From NCBI GenBank assembly GCA_003140175.1, contig PLJD01000043.1:13271-77270 (forward strand): DNA of 64,000 nt, written 5' to 3'. Source of the DNA: Actinomycetota bacterium. Lineage in GTDB: Bacteria; Actinomycetota; Acidimicrobiia; IMCC26256; PALSA-555. The first letter of the stretch is position 1; each line of letters begins with the position of its first letter. Below the pieces are notes generated by a model, which was not told the origin of the DNA, made no database searches, and was given only the letters and a program-made list of their open reading frames with translations. Shown piece by piece: positions 28,206 through 38,216 of the stretch. The translations under genes and the position numbers were made by a program.

Positions 28206-29516
28206 ATGCCGGACGATCAGCGAAACGGGCCCCTCGACGGAGCCGTGGCCATCATGCGCCGTGCGCCATTCTCCGACAACCCCCGCGTCGGCGCCCGGGG
28301 GCAGCGGACGCAGCAGCGAATTCTCGATGCGGCCCTGCGTGCCTTCGGTGACCAGGGCTACCACGCGTGCAGCATCGACCGGATCACGACGCTCGCCCGA
28401 TGCTCGCGGATCTCCTTCTACCAGTACTTCGCCAGCAAGGAGGAGGTGTACCGCCACCTCGCAGGGCAGGTCGCCCGCCAAGTCAGCGCTTCGACCGAGG
28501 CGCTGGACCCGCTCACCCCCGACATCGAGGGATGGGCGGCGATGCGGACCTGGGTCGCCCGCTACGCGGAGATCTACTCGCGCTACGAGCCCATCTTCCA
28601 CTCGTTGGAGGTCGACGAGGTCCTCGCCGGCATGGCGCGGCACACGGGTAAAGAGACCATCGGGCGGATCCATGCGCGGTTGGCGACGACCACGCTTCCG
28701 CCCCGGCAGTTGGACCCGGTGATCCGGCTGCTGCTCGATTGCCTGAACCACACGCTCGAGGTCAGAGGCATCCTTCGCTCCGTCGTGCCCGACGCCTACC
28801 CGGGCGAGCGCATCGAGGTGGCAATCACCGACGTCTTGCATCGCACGTTGTTCGGGATGCGCGCCGATGTGAACGTGCATCCGTCCGACGGTTCTCGTTC
28901 ACCGGTGCTCGAGTTCGGCCCTGCAATGCTCGACGTCCTCCGCCAGGACGGCGCGATGGCTCCTGACGCTGCTGCCAACCCGGCGCTCGACTCCTTGCTC
29001 GCCTCGGCCCGGGCCGTGTTCGTCGAACGCGGGTACCACGCCACCCGCGTTGACGACCTCGTCGAAGCCGCGGGTGTGTCGCACGGTGCCTTCTACCGAT
29101 ACTTCCGGAACAAGGAGCATCTCGCTCGGATCCTCACAGCTCGCGCCGTGCAGACTGTGGGAGCCGAAGTGCTGGAGCTGCCCGATGTCGCGGTGCTCGA
29201 GGGCCCGACGGGCACAACGGTTTTGCGTCGGTGGCTTCGCCGCTACTACGCGGTGCACGCCGACGAGGCCGTGATGCTGCGCGTCTGGGTGGATGCCGCG
29301 CTCCAGGATCCCGTGATCAGGACCGAGTCCGCGCCGCCGCTCGACTGGGGTCGACGGCGGATGTCTCGCTTCCTGACGCCGCGGGGGTTTGGTGACGCCG
29401 ACGTGGATGCGGTCGTCATGGTGGCGCTGCTGGGCGTGTTCGGCGCACGGCAACGACCCCCCGGGGAGGTCGAGGCAGCCGCGCAAACCATCGAGCGCGG
29501 GCTCCTGGGCCGCTGA
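28206..29516 (+). CDS. TetR-family regulator with two tandem TetR modules in one chain
   Basis: Two separate HTH regions: ILDAALRAFGDQGYHACSIDRITTLARCSRISFYQYFASKEEVY (N-terminal) and LLASARAVFVERGYHATRVDDLVEAAGVSHGAFYRYFRNKEHLA (about residue 265). ATG at 28206 follows GAGGAGG. Confidence 0.85.
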   Translation: MPDDQRNGPLDGAVAIMRRAPFSDNPRVGARGQRTQQRILDAALRAFGDQGYHACSIDRITTLARCSRISFYQYFASKEEVYRHLAGQVARQVSASTEALDPLTPDIEGWAAMRTWVARYAEIYSRYEPIFHSLEVDEVLAGMARHTGKETIGRIHARLATTTLPPRQLDPVIRLLLDCLNHTLEVRGILRSVVPDAYPGERIEVAITDVLHRTLFGMRADVNVHPSDGSRSPVLEFGPAMLDVLRQDGAMAPDAAANPALDSLLASARAVFVERGYHATRVDDLVEAAGVSHGAFYRYFRNKEHLARILTARAVQTVGAEVLELPDVAVLEGPTGTTVLRRWLRRYYAVHADEAVMLRVWVDAALQDPVIRTESAPPLDWGRRRMSRFLTPRGFGDADVDAVVMVALLGVFGARQRPPGEVEAAAQTIERGLLGR

Positions 29517-29536
29517 CGCTTCCGATTGGAGGATCT

Positions 29537-30817
29537 GTGACCACGACCGATTTCGAGACGACGGACTTCGACGAGATCGACTGGTTCCGCGCCAAGGCCC
29601 TTTACCAGGACCCGTACCCGTACCATGAGTGGCTCCGCTCGCATGGGCCGGTGTGGCGCGAGCCGCATCACGGCGCGGTCATGGTCACCGGCTACGAGGA
29701 AGCGGTCGCGGTGTACCACGACACCGAGCGGTTCTCGAACTGCAACTCGGTCGCCGGGCCGTTTACCGAGTGGCCGGTCCCGTTCGAGGGCGACGACATC
29801 AGCGAGATCATCGAGCAGCACCGCGACGTGTTGCCGTTCAGCGACCAGCTCCCGACGTTCGATCCGCCGAAGCACACCGCTCACCGAGCGCTGCTGATGC
29901 GGCTGATCACCCCGAAGCGCCTCAAGGAGAACATGGAGTTCATGTGGCGGCTCGCCGATCTCCAGATCGACGAGTTTCTCTCCCGCGGTGAGTGCGAGTT
30001 CGTGCACGACTACGCCAGCCCGTTCACGCTGCTCGTCATCGCCGACCTGCTCGGAGTTCCGGAGGCCGATCAGCCGGCCTTCCGCGAGGAGCTGCAAGGC
30101 GACACCCGGCCGACGAGTGGTCCGATGGTCCACAAGCCGCTGGCGTTCCTCTACGACCGCTTCACGGCGTACATCGAGGAGCGGCGGCGCGAGCCGCGCG
30201 ACGACGTCATGACGAGGCTGGCCACCGCGCCATTCCCCGATGGCTCGTTGCCTGAGGTCACCGACGTGATGTTGATCGCCTCGAACCTCTTCGCGGCGGG
30301 TCAGGAGACCACGGCCCGGCTCCTCGGCACGATGCTGCGGCTGATCGGGGAGCGTCCCGAGCTCCAGCAGCGGCTGCGTGACGAACCTGCCCTCATCCCG
30401 GCGTTCGTCGAGGAGTGCCTGCGGCTGGAGAGCCCGCTCCAGGGGCAGTTCCGACTGGCACGTGTCGCCTCGGAGCTCGGCGGCGTCGACATCGCCCCAG
30501 GCGACAGCGTGTTCCTGATGCCTGGCGCGGCCAACCGTGATCCGCGCCAGTTCGAGACCCCGGACCAGCTCCGCCTCGATCGACCAAACGGGCGCCAACA
30601 CATCGGCTTCGGGTTCGGCGTTCACCTGTGTGCCGGAGCGCCGCTCGCCCGGGCCGAGGCCTACGTCAGCACCGCCCGCCTCTTCGAGCGCACGGCAGAC
30701 ATCAGGATCTCCGAGGCAGCGCACGGCCCCCCCGGCGCCCGCCGCTACGAGTACACGCCCATCTATCTACTCCGCGGCCTGGAGCACCTCCAACTCGAGT
30801 TCACTCCCGTGGGCTGA
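29537..30817 (+). CDS. cytochrome P450
   Basis: Motifs FGFGVHLCAGAPLAR, AAGQETTA and EECLRL. Paralog of 42373..43647. Confidence 0.9.
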   Translation: MTTTDFETTDFDEIDWFRAKALYQDPYPYHEWLRSHGPVWREPHHGAVMVTGYEEAVAVYHDTERFSNCNSVAGPFTEWPVPFEGDDISEIIEQHRDVLPFSDQLPTFDPPKHTAHRALLMRLITPKRLKENMEFMWRLADLQIDEFLSRGECEFVHDYASPFTLLVIADLLGVPEADQPAFREELQGDTRPTSGPMVHKPLAFLYDRFTAYIEERRREPRDDVMTRLATAPFPDGSLPEVTDVMLIASNLFAAGQETTARLLGTMLRLIGERPELQQRLRDEPALIPAFVEECLRLESPLQGQFRLARVASELGGVDIAPGDSVFLMPGAANRDPRQFETPDQLRLDRPNGRQHIGFGFGVHLCAGAPLARAEAYVSTARLFERTADIRISEAAHGPPGARRYEYTPIYLLRGLEHLQLEFTPVG

Positions 30818-30843
30818 GCGCCCCGAAGCTGCGATCGCGAGCC

Positions 30844-32013
30844 ATGGACCCGATGTCACGTCACGACCACCGCTTCCGCGACGAACTGCGCGGCTGGCTC
30901 GCGGAGCATGCGCCGCCCGACGTCGAGATCGCGGCGACGCCCGAAGAGGCCGAGGTGCTGCGCGAGTGGCAGCGAACGCTGCACACGGGACGATGGGTCG
31001 GGATCAACTGGCCGGTCGAGTACGGGGGACGCGGCGCGTCGCTGACGCAGGTCGCCATCTACAACGAGGAGCTGGCACACGCGTCGGCACCCCAGATCCT
31101 CGGGCGCGCGGGCGTCAGCCTGGTGGGGCCGACCTTGATGGCGCACGGCACCGCGGAGCAACGCCGGCGGTGGATGCGGAGGATCCTGTCCGGCGACGAC
31201 ATCTGGTGTCAGCTGTTCAGCGAGCCCGACGCAGGGAGCGACCTCACCGCGCTCTCAACGCGCGCAGACAAGCGCGGCGGGGTCTACGTCGTGACAGGTC
31301 AGAAGGTCTGGTCGTCGCACGCGCGCTTCGCGGACTGGGGAATCGCGCTGGTGCGCACCAATCCGACCGCACCCCGGCACAAGGGGATCTCGATGCTGGC
31401 GATCCCAATGACGGCGAAGGGCGTGGATGTCCGCCCGTTGCGCCAGATCACCGGCGAGAGCGAGTTCAACGAAGTGTTCCTCGACGGCGTGGACATCCCC
31501 GTCGAACATCTTATTGGTCCCGAGAACGAAGGTTGGGCCGTCGCCGGCACGACACTTGCCAACGAGCGCGGCGCCACGTTCGTGTGGAAGGAGCAGGTCC
31601 TGGCCTCGCTGGCCTTCGACCTGCTGTCGAAGGCATCTGCACGCGGTGGGCGCGACCGCGATCCGATCGCACGCCAGCGCCTCGCGCAGGCGTGGATCGA
31701 AGTCGAGATCTTCCGCCTCCACAACGGGCGCACGCTCGCGCGCCTGGCTCGTGGCGAGGAGCTCGGTTCGGAGTCGAGTCTCGTGAAACTGTTCTGGGCG
31801 GGGATGAGCCAGCGGCTGTACGAGACCGCCGTCGCGATACTCGGGTCCGACGCGCTGCTCATGCCCGAGGACGAACGCGCCCTCGATCGGGGGCGCTGGC
31901 CCTTGGGTCTGCTCGCGTCGCGTGCCAACTCGATCATGGGTGGGACAAGCGAGATCCAGCGCAACATCATCGGCGAGCGTCTCCTTGCGCTTCCGCGGGA
32001 GCCGAGAACGTGA
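30844..32013 (+). CDS. acyl-CoA dehydrogenase
   Basis: Motifs WCQLFSEPDAGSDL, GQKVWSS and GGTSEIQRNIIGERLL. ATG at 30844. Confidence 0.9.
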   Translation: MDPMSRHDHRFRDELRGWLAEHAPPDVEIAATPEEAEVLREWQRTLHTGRWVGINWPVEYGGRGASLTQVAIYNEELAHASAPQILGRAGVSLVGPTLMAHGTAEQRRRWMRRILSGDDIWCQLFSEPDAGSDLTALSTRADKRGGVYVVTGQKVWSSHARFADWGIALVRTNPTAPRHKGISMLAIPMTAKGVDVRPLRQITGESEFNEVFLDGVDIPVEHLIGPENEGWAVAGTTLANERGATFVWKEQVLASLAFDLLSKASARGGRDRDPIARQRLAQAWIEVEIFRLHNGRTLARLARGEELGSESSLVKLFWAGMSQRLYETAVAILGSDALLMPEDERALDRGRWPLGLLASRANSIMGGTSEIQRNIIGERLLALPREPRT

Positions 32014-33266
32014 AGCCGCATCGAGTGTGCGACGACATCGACGTACTCGAGCTCGTCGATCCCGAGCGCTACGCACGCCGCGGCTATCCGCACGACGTGT
32101 GGACGCGGTTGCGAGCAGAGGCGCCGGTCGCGTTCTTTACCCCGGAAGGGTTCGAGCCGTTCTGGGCCATTACGAAGCATGCCGACATCCTGGAGATCTC
32201 GAAGCAGCCGTTGCGATTCTCGAGCGCGCAGGGAATCACGCTGCGTCCTGCCGGTGTGGTGTTCCCGCCGTCGGAGATGGTCGTCATGCTCGATCCGCCG
32301 CGGCACGGCCCGATGCGCCGGGTCGCGAACGCGGGGTTCACGCCGCGAGCGGTACGAGGGCGCCGCAACGACATCGAGCGGATCGCCGTCGAGCTCCTCG
32401 ACGGAGCGATGCCTGTCGGCGCGTCGGGAGAGCTCGACTTCGTCGAGCGCATCGCGGCCCCGTTCCCGCTCGGGGTGATCGCCTGGATCCTCGGCGTGCC
32501 GAGGGACGACTGGGAGCGGCTGTTCCGCTGGACGAACGAGGTGATCGGCAAGGACGATCCGGAGTACCGCCGCCCAGGCGAGAGCCCGGGCGCCACCAGT
32601 AAGCGCGCACGCGGCGAACTCCATGTCTACTTCGACGAGATGATCGCGCAGCGTCGCAGCGTTCCTCGGGACGACCTGGTCAGCGAGCTGATCGAGGCCG
32701 AGGTCGACGGGGCCCGCCTCAGCACAGAGCAGCTGGTCTCATACTGCGAGCTCCTCGTCGAGGCCGGCAATGAGACCACGCGCAACGCGGTCAGCGGGGG
32801 CCTGCTCGCCTTTTCCGAGGACCGCGGAGCATGGGAGAAGCTCCGTGAACACCCGGAGCTGCTTCCGGATGCAGTCGAGGAGATCCTGCGCTGGGTCAGC
32901 CCCATCAGCCACTTCACCCGCACGACCACCGAAGACTGCGAGGTACGAGGGACGAAGATCAGCGCAGGCGAGCAGGTAGCGCTGTACTTCGCGTCGGCAA
33001 ACCGCGACGAGGAGGTGTTCGACTCCCCGTTCGAGTTCCGAGTCGATCGCAGCCCGAACCCTCATCTCGCGTTCGGCTTCGGCGAGCACTTCTGCATGGG
33101 CGCGCACGTCGCCCGAGTCGAGCTCGAGACGATCTTTCGCCACCTGCTGACGCGCCTGGAGTCGTTCGAGCTGTCGGGTCCGGTCCAGCGTCTGACCTCG
33201 ATCGTCAATGGCAGCATCAAGCACTTGCCGTTCAGCTACAGCACGAAGGAGAGTCCCACAACGTGA
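32010..33266 (+). CDS. cytochrome P450 (N-terminus reminiscent of CYP124/125/142-type lipid or sterol hydroxylases)
   Basis: Motifs FGFGEHFCMGAHVAR, EAGNETTR, EEILRW and FWAITKHADILEISKQPLRFSS. GTG at 32010 overlaps the ACAD stop (GTGA). Only the last 418 codons of track ORF 30537..33266 are credible. Confidence 0.9.
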   Translation: MKPHRVCDDIDVLELVDPERYARRGYPHDVWTRLRAEAPVAFFTPEGFEPFWAITKHADILEISKQPLRFSSAQGITLRPAGVVFPPSEMVVMLDPPRHGPMRRVANAGFTPRAVRGRRNDIERIAVELLDGAMPVGASGELDFVERIAAPFPLGVIAWILGVPRDDWERLFRWTNEVIGKDDPEYRRPGESPGATSKRARGELHVYFDEMIAQRRSVPRDDLVSELIEAEVDGARLSTEQLVSYCELLVEAGNETTRNAVSGGLLAFSEDRGAWEKLREHPELLPDAVEEILRWVSPISHFTRTTTEDCEVRGTKISAGEQVALYFASANRDEEVFDSPFEFRVDRSPNPHLAFGFGEHFCMGAHVARVELETIFRHLLTRLESFELSGPVQRLTSIVNGSIKHLPFSYSTKESPTT

Positions 33267-33288
33267 CCGTTCAGAACGGAGCACTCAG

Positions 33289-34779
33289 ATGACCGCGGCC
33301 AATGCGAGGACAGCACCCCTACGACACGCCGATCGTTTCTTCATCGGAGGCGAGTGGGTCGCACCCTCGTCCGATGCGACCATCGACGTGATCGACTCCG
33401 GGACTGAAGAGCTCTACTACCGGGTCGCGGCGGCCGGGCCCGACGAGCTCGCACGGGCAATCGCGGCCGCGCGTCAGGCGTTTGACGAGGGCCCATGGCC
33501 CCGCATGACCCACGCCGAGCGCGCTGATCACCTGCGGGCGCTCGGGGCGGCCCTCGCCGAGCGCGGCGACGTGCTGGCGCAACTCTGGCCACGCGAGTCG
33601 GGTGTCCTCTACAAGACGTCCCAGTATGCCGGGCGGATCGGATCGGCTGCGCTCGAGTCGTACGCCGCGCTGGCGGAGTCGTTCCCGTTCGAGGAGGAGT
33701 GCCCACCGACGATCGGTGGTGCGTTCGGTCTCCTCGTGCGCGAGCCGGTCGGGGTGGTCGGTGCGATCATCCCGTGGAACGCTCCGGTGGCGCTCATCTG
33801 CCACAAGATCGGCCCCGCGCTCCTCGCCGGTTGCGCCGTCGTGCTGAAGTCGGCACCGGAGGCTCCCGGCGAGGGCTATGTGTTCGCGGAGGCGGCCGAA
33901 CAGATCGGTCTGCCACCTGGCGTGCTGAACGTCGTCACCGCCGACCGGGAGGTGTCGGAGCTGCTCGTGCGCGATCCCGGCGTGGACAAGATCACGTTCA
34001 CGGGATCGACCGCGGCCGGCCGGCGCATCGCGTCGCTGTGTGGCGAGCGGATCGCACGCTGCACGCTTGAGCTCGGTGGGAAGTCGGCCGCTGTGGTCCT
34101 CGACGACATGGACCTCGGGACCGCCGCCACGACGCTCGCACGCGCCGAGTGCGGGCTCAACGGCCAGGTGTGCTCCTCGCTCACACGGGTCATTGTGACC
34201 AAGAGTCGCCACGACGAGCTCGTGGACGCGCTCGCCTCGACCTTCGGCCAGACGCGCGTCGGTGACCCGTTCGACGAGCAGTCACAGCTCGGCCCCCTCG
34301 TCTCACAACGCCAGCGCGATCGGGTCGAGGGCCTCATCGCCAGGGGTGTGGCCGAGGGCGCGACGCTGGCCACCGGGGGAGGGCGGCCCGAAGGTCTCGA
34401 TCGGGGCTACTACGTGGAGCCGACCGTCTTCGGCAACGTCGACAACGCATCGACGATCGGCCGCGAGGAGATCTTCGGCCCCGTCCTCAGCGTCATCGCC
34501 GCCGCGGACGAGCAGGACGCGGTGCGGATCGCGAACGACACCATCTACGGGCTCAACGCCTCGGTGTTCACCAACAACGTCGAACGCGCTCGTGCCGTCG
34601 CACGTGAGCTTCGGTCCGGCACCGTCGGCCACAACGCCTTCCGTACGGACTTCGGCATGGCTTTCGGCGGGTTCAAGCAGTCGGGCATCGGTCGCGAAGG
34701 TGGTAAAGAGGGCCTGCTGCCGTTCCTGGAGACCAAGGCCGTGATCCTCGAAGGCAGGCCTGCCGGCTACCCGGCATGA
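33289..34779 (+). CDS. aldehyde dehydrogenase
   Basis: Motifs FIGGEWV, ELGGKSAAVV and GQVCSSLTR (catalytic Cys). Confidence 0.9.
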   Translation: MTAANARTAPLRHADRFFIGGEWVAPSSDATIDVIDSGTEELYYRVAAAGPDELARAIAAARQAFDEGPWPRMTHAERADHLRALGAALAERGDVLAQLWPRESGVLYKTSQYAGRIGSAALESYAALAESFPFEEECPPTIGGAFGLLVREPVGVVGAIIPWNAPVALICHKIGPALLAGCAVVLKSAPEAPGEGYVFAEAAEQIGLPPGVLNVVTADREVSELLVRDPGVDKITFTGSTAAGRRIASLCGERIARCTLELGGKSAAVVLDDMDLGTAATTLARAECGLNGQVCSSLTRVIVTKSRHDELVDALASTFGQTRVGDPFDEQSQLGPLVSQRQRDRVEGLIARGVAEGATLATGGGRPEGLDRGYYVEPTVFGNVDNASTIGREEIFGPVLSVIAAADEQDAVRIANDTIYGLNASVFTNNVERARAVARELRSGTVGHNAFRTDFGMAFGGFKQSGIGREGGKEGLLPFLETKAVILEGRPAGYPA

Positions 34780-34823
34780 TTGGGTCCGGGCGCCTCTGAA
34801 GCGGCCGAACGATCGGAGGCTCG

Positions 34824-35966
34824 ATGCTTCGCGACGATGTCCAGCTGATCTCCGTCGACGACCACGTCGTCGAGCCGGCGCACGTCTTCACGGCGCACAT
34901 CGAGCCCAAGTTCCGGGACCGCGCCCCCCGCATCGCCGACCGTGACGGAGTCGAGGGGTGGGTGTGGGAGGACCGCTTCTACCCACTCTCGTTCCAGGGG
35001 AACGCCCAGACGCGCCGGTTCCGCAAGGGTGAGGCGGGCCGTGGCGAAGACCTCTTCGCCCGGCGGTACGAGGACATGGTCCCGGCGGCCTACGACGTGC
35101 ACGAGCGGATCCGGGCGATGGACGACGACGGCGTGACGGCCGAGCTGCTGTTCCCAACGTTCCCCCGCTTCGGCGGCACGCAGTTCCTCGAGGCACACGA
35201 CACGGAGCTCGCGCTCGCGATGGTCCGCGCGTGGAACGACTGGATGATCGACGAGTGGTGCGCGGCCTATCCGAATCGGTTCATCCCGCAGACGCTCGTC
35301 CCTCTGTGGGACGTGCCCGCGGCGGTCGCCGAGATCGAGCGCTGTGCCGCCAAGGGCTCGCGCGCGGTCCTGTTCGTCGAGAACCCGCACCCGCTCGGGC
35401 TGCCGTCGTTCCCGACCGGGCACTGGCGCCCGGTGTTCGAGGCGTCCGCCGCCACGGGTCTGCCGCTCTCGATGCACATCGGGACCTCCATGGGCCTGAT
35501 CCGGCCATCGCCCGAGACAACGCCGTCAGTCGGCATCGCGCTCTGCGGCATCAACTCGATGAGCGCGCTCGGCGACCTCATCTTCAGTGGCGCGTTCAAC
35601 GGCCTGCCCGACTCCCGGGTCGCGCTGTCCGAAGGCGGGGCCGGCTGGGTGCCGTACGTCCTCGCGCGCCTCGACTACACGTGGGAGCGCAGCCGCCTTG
35701 AGGGTCTGGAGAACCCGGTGCCGCCTTCGGAGGTATTCGCCGAGCACGTCTGGGTGTGCATGATCTCCGACCGCTACGCCATCCGGAACCGTGACCTGAT
35801 CGGTGTCGACAAGATCATGTGGGAGGCCGACTTCCCGCACAACGACTCGAACTGGCCGAACAGCCGCAAGGTCCTCGCGGACACGTGTGCCGACGTCCCC
35901 GATGAGGAGGTCCGACGCATCGGCGAGGAGAACGCGCGGGGGCTCTACCGGTTCCCGCGCCCGTGA
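34824..35966 (+). CDS. amidohydrolase, PF04909 type
   Basis: ISVDDHVVEPAHVF at the N-terminus, with WEADFPHNDSNWP near the C-terminus. Confidence 0.9.
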   Translation: MLRDDVQLISVDDHVVEPAHVFTAHIEPKFRDRAPRIADRDGVEGWVWEDRFYPLSFQGNAQTRRFRKGEAGRGEDLFARRYEDMVPAAYDVHERIRAMDDDGVTAELLFPTFPRFGGTQFLEAHDTELALAMVRAWNDWMIDEWCAAYPNRFIPQTLVPLWDVPAAVAEIERCAAKGSRAVLFVENPHPLGLPSFPTGHWRPVFEASAATGLPLSMHIGTSMGLIRPSPETTPSVGIALCGINSMSALGDLIFSGAFNGLPDSRVALSEGGAGWVPYVLARLDYTWERSRLEGLENPVPPSEVFAEHVWVCMISDRYAIRNRDLIGVDKIMWEADFPHNDSNWPNSRKVLADTCADVPDEEVRRIGEENARGLYRFPRP

Positions 35967-36118
35967 CCGCGTCCCTCTCAGTTGCGCTCCCCACCTACTC
36001 GGCCGACGACCCCGGGACGTGGGACCACCTCTTCGACCTCGCGCGGGCGGCCGACGCGGTGGGCATCGATCGGGTCGTGGTCTCCGACCACGTCGTGTTC
36101 CGTGAGAACCTCGACGCC
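35963..36118 (+). pseudogene. 5-prime stub of a luciferase-like (LLM, F420-type) oxidoreductase gene
   Basis: The first ~52 codons, LSVALPTYSADDPGTWDHLFDLARAADAVGIDRVVVSDHVVF, are a typical LLM N-terminus. GTG overlaps the amidohydrolase stop (GTGA). After about 36118 the frame becomes low-complexity Arg/Ser/Pro text until the stop at 36379. Confidence 0.5.
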
Positions 36119-36350
36119 TACTGCCGCGCGTCGGCGAGCACCGCACAGGGCCACTCACCGAGGAACGAGCGGGACCCGGGACGTGTCCTTGGCCCAGGTC
36201 CGAGGAGGCCGCCGTCCGGCGGCGAGATCGGGAGGTCGAACTGCTCGAGCTGGCTCCCGAAGCCCGGGTGGAACCACATGCCGCCGGGACGGGTGACCTC
36301 CGCTTCCACCTCAAGCGCCTTCCGGCATGAGCCACGCGCATCGTTCGGAC

Positions 36351-36605
36351 GTGGATCCGCGTGCTGTGCTCAATCCTGAAGTGGTGAAGGCGATCAAATC
36401 CCCTCCGGCGATTTGACCGCCAGATCCTTTCCGCCGCTGCGCGGAACCGTCGGGTGGACTCTTCCGCCCTCCGATGCCGTCGAACGGACGGACTACGCCG
36501 TCCCGGGCGATCCGGAGGTGCCGGTGCGAGGTGCGCCGGCCCAAGCGGCCTGACGGCGTCCCGCCGTGCGTGCACTCAGCCGGGTCGGGTGACGTGTCTG
36601 TTAGA
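36351..36605 (+). pseudogene. decayed paralog of the esterase gene at 10330..11277
   Basis: VDPRAVLNPEVVKAIK / IPSGDLTARSFPPLRGTVGWTLPPSDAVERTDYAVPGDPEVPVR / RRPKRPDGVPPCVHSAGSGDV aligns with residues of the intact esterase (IPFDEITAEILPSLRGAVGVELPLSDAVERIDHVVPGDPEVRVRVHRPKGVDGVLGCVYSMHGGGYV). It needs at least two frame changes, near 36397 and 36520. The HGGG motif is lost and the catalytic part is absent. Confidence 0.6.
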
Positions 36606-36866
36606 GCAGCGTGGCAGCGGTCGGTGCCGACCGGGGCCGCTTTGAAAGCCCCGAGACCGTCGTCGTGCTGCCGGCTTCGCTCCCGAGGACGGCGATTCAG
36701 GGCCACCCGGAGTGGGTTCGATTCATTCGGCAGCGGAGGTTTGACGCAGCGCGACTGGCGGTGAGGCGACGCAGGTGTTACACCATGCCCGGCGCGGGCT
36801 GCGGTTTCTCGAGCCACGGAGACGTGGCCCAGGCCAGTCAGAACGATCGTCACGGGGGGTTCGGCG

Positions 36867-38168
36867 ATGTCGGAGGCTCGGGTGCGTAGTCGCCAAGTGG
36901 GGCGTCGGGTGGCGGCGCTCGTTGCAGTGCCGCTGATGGTCACGCTGGTCGGTGTCTCCGGGGCGGGCGCCCAGCAGACCCCGGTCAACCAGCCCGGGGT
37001 GACAGCGACCCAGATTCGGGTCGGTGGGGTGGCAACCGTGACGGGCGACCCGACGGGCAACACGGACGGGACCGCCTTCGACGGCACGAACGCGTACTTC
37101 GACTACGTCAATTCGACGCAGGGAGGGGTCTGCGGACGCAAGCTTGTCCTTGCCTCGAAGCGCGACGACATGCTCTCGAACAACCGGGCGCAGGTGCAGG
37201 GGCTGATCAGCGAGGACAACGTGTTCGCGGTGCTCCCGGTCGCGACCACCCTCTTCACCGGCTCGAGCCTGCTGGCTTCGAACAAGATCCCGACGTTCGG
37301 TTGGGATATCCAGGCGGACTGGGGCTCTGAGGCCAACGATCCGGGACCGTCCAACTTGTTCGGTGCGGTCGGTTCCTTCATCAACTTCAGTACACCGGGG
37401 CCGACAGCATTCCCGGATCTCTTCCTGGCGAGGAAGCTCGGGGTCAAGCGCGTTGGCCTGGTCGCGTACAACGTCGCTCAGTCGGCGCAGGCTGCCGACG
37501 TCGTCGAGGCGACGTTCAACAAGTATCCCGGAGCAAAGGTCGTCTTTAAGGACACCAGCCTCCCGTTCGGCGGTGTGGATTACAGCGCCGACGTCGCTCG
37601 AATGGTTCAGGACAAGGTCCAACTCGTGATCCCTTCGCTCGATTCAAACGGCGCGTTCCTGCTCGCCCGCGAGATGAGGAGGCAGGGCCTCAACGTCCCG
37701 ATGATTCTGCCAAACGCGTACAACCAGCAGCGGGTCGCGGCGAACGCCCAGGTTGCCAATGGGAGCTATGTCTTCCTCCAGTTCGCACCATTCGAGACCA
37801 AGTCCAAGCCCCAGGGACTGCAGCTCTACTTGACATGGATCAAGAAGAGCGGCGGCCAGCAGACCGAGAACTCCGTCTACGGCTGGCTCAATGCCGACCT
37901 GTTCGTCACTGGTCTCAAAGCCGCGGGGTGCAACTTCACGCGCCAGAAGCTGGTTGACGCCATCAACCAGCTGAAGAGCTACAACGCCATGGGGTTCATC
38001 CCCCCGGTCAATTGGACCACGGCCCACTCGCAAGGCAACGGCTGTTTCGCGTTCGTGAAGGTCGTGAACGGAAAGTTCCAGCCCGTCTTTACCCAGCCGG
38101 GCAAGCCGTTCCTGTGTATTCCGGCGGGCAGCACTTCGATTCCCGCAAACCCGCAAGCTGTCGGATAG
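36867..38168 (+). CDS. ABC transporter substrate-binding protein, LivK / Peripla_BP_6 type
   Basis: Signal-peptide-like N-terminus RRVAALVAVPLMVTLVGVSGAGAQQ, followed by GVTATQIRVGG...YFDYVN..GGVCGRKL. Confidence 0.9.
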   Translation: MSEARVRSRQVGRRVAALVAVPLMVTLVGVSGAGAQQTPVNQPGVTATQIRVGGVATVTGDPTGNTDGTAFDGTNAYFDYVNSTQGGVCGRKLVLASKRDDMLSNNRAQVQGLISEDNVFAVLPVATTLFTGSSLLASNKIPTFGWDIQADWGSEANDPGPSNLFGAVGSFINFSTPGPTAFPDLFLARKLGVKRVGLVAYNVAQSAQAADVVEATFNKYPGAKVVFKDTSLPFGGVDYSADVARMVQDKVQLVIPSLDSNGAFLLAREMRRQGLNVPMILPNAYNQQRVAANAQVANGSYVFLQFAPFETKSKPQGLQLYLTWIKKSGGQQTENSVYGWLNADLFVTGLKAAGCNFTRQKLVDAINQLKSYNAMGFIPPVNWTTAHSQGNGCFAFVKVVNGKFQPVFTQPGKPFLCIPAGSTSIPANPQAVG

Positions 38169-38216
38169 CGAAAGGTCGGTGCCAGGCCAGCACGTGCCGA
38201 ACGGGCCACGGGCGCC

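Noticed and set aside
30537-32009. The 5-prime half of the 909-aa track ORF 30537..33266
   Set aside because: It overlaps the P450 (29537-30817) and ACAD (30844-32013) genes in other frames and is Arg/Ala/Pro-rich. The real gene is the P450 starting at GTG 32010.
36715-36724. GGTTCGATTC, a tRNA T-loop-like decamer in the non-coding stretch upstream of the transporter
   Set aside because: The flanks cannot form a T-stem, acceptor stem or anticodon arm. No cloverleaf can be drawn.
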